This document shows, piece after piece, positions 63,157 through 64,000 of a stretch of DNA of 64,000 nt. The notes beneath the pieces were generated by a model. It was not told the DNA's origin and ran no database searches. It worked only from the letters and a program-made list of their open reading frames with translations. The first letter of the stretch is position 1, and each line of letters starts with the position of its first letter. The DNA is from a virus (taxonomy: Duplodnaviria > Caudoviricetes), in IMG/VR virus record IMGVR_UViG_3300049982_000332, positions 916 through 64,915 of that record; one strand, 5' to 3'. The translations under genes and the position numbers were made by a program.

Positions 63157-63738
63157 CTACGGCAGGTCCACGGCTGTGATCTTCCAGGCGCACGGCGAGG
63201 TGACCTCGAGGTGGAAGGTGCCGGCCGAGTAGAGCGGCGTCTTGTCCTCCCCCTTGTCTGCGAGCACGTTGACCGCGACATCAACCATGTTGTTCTGCGC
63301 GTCTTGGATGGCGACGATGAAATTGCCTTTGATGCCGAAGTTCGCGCAGTCGAAGGTGTAGCGCAGCTCCCACGTCGCGTCGGCGGTGAACTGTGCGGTG
63401 TTCTTGGTGCCCGACCCCTCGGCGGATATCAGGACGACGGGCTCGGCCGGCTTGGACTGCTCCGTCTGCTGGGCGGGCTGCTCCGCGGGCTGCTCGGCCG
63501 CCTTGGGCTGATGCGAGGTGCGGGTCTCGGCTGGCGCGGCCACGGGCTGGGGGGTTCCGCTGCTGCCGATGACGGCGACGGCGGCTGTGCAACTGAGCAG
63601 AATCGCCAGGGGAAGGCCGACCACGAAGATCCAGAACAGCGGGCTCTTGCCATTCTTGGGCGGCGGGGAAGGATAGCCATACCCGGGAGGCGGGCCGTAG
63701 TGGGGTGGCTGACCGGGAGGACCTTGCTGGTACGCCAT
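63157..63738 (-). CDS. Membrane-anchored extracellular protein (Pro-rich N-terminus, TM, beta domain)
   Basis: PPG/YG-rich cytoplasmic tail, one TM, QP linker. Confidence 0.75.
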   Translation of the reverse strand: MAYQQGPPGQPPHYGPPPGYGYPSPPPKNGKSPLFWIFVVGLPLAILLSCTAAVAVIGSSGTPQPVAAPAETRTSHQPKAAEQPAEQPAQQTEQSKPAEPVVLISAEGSGTKNTAQFTADATWELRYTFDCANFGIKGNFIVAIQDAQNNMVDVAVNVLADKGEDKTPLYSAGTFHLEVTSPCAWKITAVDLP

Positions 63739-63910
63739 GGCTGACTCCGGGGGTGGCTGGCTGTGTCGTACCGTTGACGGATAGTGCGCCCCTGCGGGTT
63801 ACCGTGGTCACGGTCGGAAATCGGATCGTTAACGTTCCACTCCCGGGCAGTGTTGGTGGTATCCGTACATAGAGTGACCTAAATGTCAAGAACACACCTA
63901 TACTCCTGGT

Positions 63911-64000
63911 ATGCCTAAAGCTGCGATCTACTGTCGGCTCAGCTACGCCCCTGACGGCTCGGTGGAGAAGGTGGAACGCCAGGAAGCCGACTGCCGCCGG
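63911..64000 (+). CDS. int: Large serine integrase, N-terminal fragment (runs off window)
   Basis: MPKAAIYCRLS......VERQEADCR catalytic N-terminal motif. Confidence 0.8.
   Translation, partial: MPKAAIYCRLSYAPDGSVEKVERQEADCRR

Larger units (their letters stand above)
1..64000. mobile_element. Temperate actinobacteriophage (siphovirus-type) genome/prophage; ends not within window
   Basis: Complete set of switch, recombination, replication, terminase, portal, capsid, tail, tape measure and lysis genes plus an integrase start; no host housekeeping genes seen. Confidence 0.95.

Noticed and set aside
1-64000. CRISPR array, tRNA/tmRNA genes, reverse transcriptase or diversity-generating retroelement
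   Set aside because: No regularly spaced repeat-spacer units, cloverleaf sequences, RT motifs or TR/VR pair noticed by eye; tRNAscan and a self-dotplot would be needed to exclude them formally

Overview
The whole window is one GC-rich actinomycete temperate siphovirus genome (prophage or circular phage contig). In order: lysis/lysogeny switch (start of a leftward gene at <1-40, Cro-like HTH); a long translationally coupled early operon (Rad52/Sak recombinase, HNH, C5 methyltransferase, PAPS-reductase family protein, beta clamp, SNF2-helicase/methyltransferase fusion, iteron-containing initiator, DnaB-like helicase, TerS-like gene); a five-gene fibre/esterase block in front of TerL; head and tail genes with an antisense HNH inserted; a lysis cassette; an antirepressor moron. 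The most unusual part is 53.3-61.3 kb: a leftward operon resembling the dsDNA conjugative-transfer module of actinomycete plasmids/AICEs (FtsK/TraB-like translocase, Spd-like membrane proteins, and an 11-bp-phased 8-mer array resembling a clt site). It has no rep/xis/int of its own and ends in a resolvase. A divergent XRE regulator trio follows, and a large serine integrase starts at 63911. Working hypothesis: a temperate phage that can also spread its genome by mycelial conjugation. Family names come from motif recognition only; no searches were run. Many starts were moved from the ORF track to the coupled ATGA/GTGA/TGATG start.
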